NCBI GenBank assembly: GCA_037130925.1
Contig: JBAXSC010000002.1
Location: 25,185 to 89,184 of the forward strand
Length of the DNA stretch: 64,000 nucleotides
Direction of reading: 5' to 3'
Origin: Candidatus Nomurabacteria bacterium
GTDB taxonomy: Bacteria; Patescibacteriota; Minisyncoccia; Phycocordibacterales; UBA5272
The notes beneath the pieces were generated by a model. That model was not told the DNA's origin, ran no database searches, and saw nothing but the letters and a program-made list of their open reading frames with translations. Each line of letters starts with the position of its first letter. The first letter of the stretch is position 1. Below are positions 63,585 through 64,000 of the stretch, in pieces. The translations under genes and the position numbers were made by a program.

Positions 63585-64000
63585 TTATTCTGGTTTTTTA
63601 TTTTTAATTAAAATACGAGCATATTTTTCTTTACTTTCGCCGTGCACTATACCTCTATGTTTATGTTCTGGATCTTTTCTTAATAATTCAACTTCAGTAG
63701 AAGTATCTCCACTATGTGTCTGACCAATTATTTCAAATTGATCTGGATTGTATTTATCTAAAAAAGTTATCGGCACTCCCATTACTTCTTTATAGTCCAT
63801 TGGAATATCGTTCACTCTATCAACATTAATCGCTTCATAATTATCATATTTTGGATATTCTTTTGGCGAATATTTTTTATAAAGTGTTAATTCATTATGA
63901 CGCTTTGTAGTATCCAGATTTGTATACCATACGATTCTACCCATACTAAAAAACTTTGTACCATTTTCAATCTTAATCCTTGATTCAGTTTCTATATCAT
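63585..64000 (-). CDS. DNA methyltransferase, C-terminal part (EcoRI-methylase-like adenine MTase family). The 5' end lies beyond the right edge of the window.
   Basis: The frame stays open upstream of the track's internal Met (…ETESRIKIENGTKFFSMGRIVWYTN…). MGVPITFLDKYNPDQFEIIG and the ending YARILIKNKK match, from memory, the C-termini of EcoRI-methylase-family (PF13651-like) enzymes. Confidence 0.5.
   Translation of the reverse strand, partial: DIETESRIKIENGTKFFSMGRIVWYTNLDTTKRHNELTLYKKYSPKEYPKYDNYEAINVDRVNDIPMDYKEVMGVPITFLDKYNPDQFEIIGQTHSGDTSTEVELLRKDPEHKHRGIVHGESKEKYARILIKNKKPE

Noticed and set aside
1-64000. A search for CRISPR arrays, rRNA genes, transposases or IS elements, integrases and long direct or tandem DNA repeats.
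   Set aside because: I recognised none on either strand. The repeats seen are confined to low-complexity coding regions (GVGVGVG, the RGG region, P/T-rich linkers).

Overview
This is a very AT-rich, gene-dense bacterial chromosome segment, mostly transcribed on the minus strand. Its gene content and style fit a Patescibacteria/CPR (Parcubacteria-like) genome; that placement is an inference from gene content, not a computed result.

The housekeeping backbone is clear from the translated ORFs:
- Ribosomal and translation genes: rplY, rpmG, infC-rpmI-rplT, rpsF-ssb-rpsR, secE-nusG-rplK, smpB, tmRNA and tRNA-His.
- Aminoacyl-tRNA synthetases: glyQS, metG, ileS and an argS-like gene.
- Other core genes: gyrA, ftsH, a DEAD-box helicase, ndk, recO, a TatD-like hydrolase, a malic enzyme, four GNAT acetyltransferases and two NUDIX hydrolases.

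Between these lie many small membrane proteins and lineage-specific hypothetical proteins.

The most interesting observations are:
1. ileS carries an intact-looking histidine-phosphatase (PGAM-like) domain inserted in its catalytic body.
2. A canonical T-box leader precedes a zinc-ribbon gene and ileS.
3. A seven-gene operon at the right edge looks like a defence locus. It encodes a partial DNA methyltransferase, two single-TM proteins, a DUF262+HNH nuclease, a translationally coupled hyper-acidic protein and two more small TM proteins.
4. A cluster at 6.2-11.6 kb encodes five secreted proteins that share a TrbC/VirB2-like two-helix hairpin module. One of them is fused to peptidoglycan-binding repeats.
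5. A stand-alone ~170-nt structured sRNA has its own promoter and terminator, and I cannot classify it.
6. The ArgRS homologue has eroded signature motifs.
7. A monocistronic gene encodes a Cys/Ser/Thr-rich 60-aa peptide.

I saw no CRISPR array, rRNA gene or transposase. All calls rest on reading the sequence and ORF translations by eye. No HMM, BLAST or folding computation was run.
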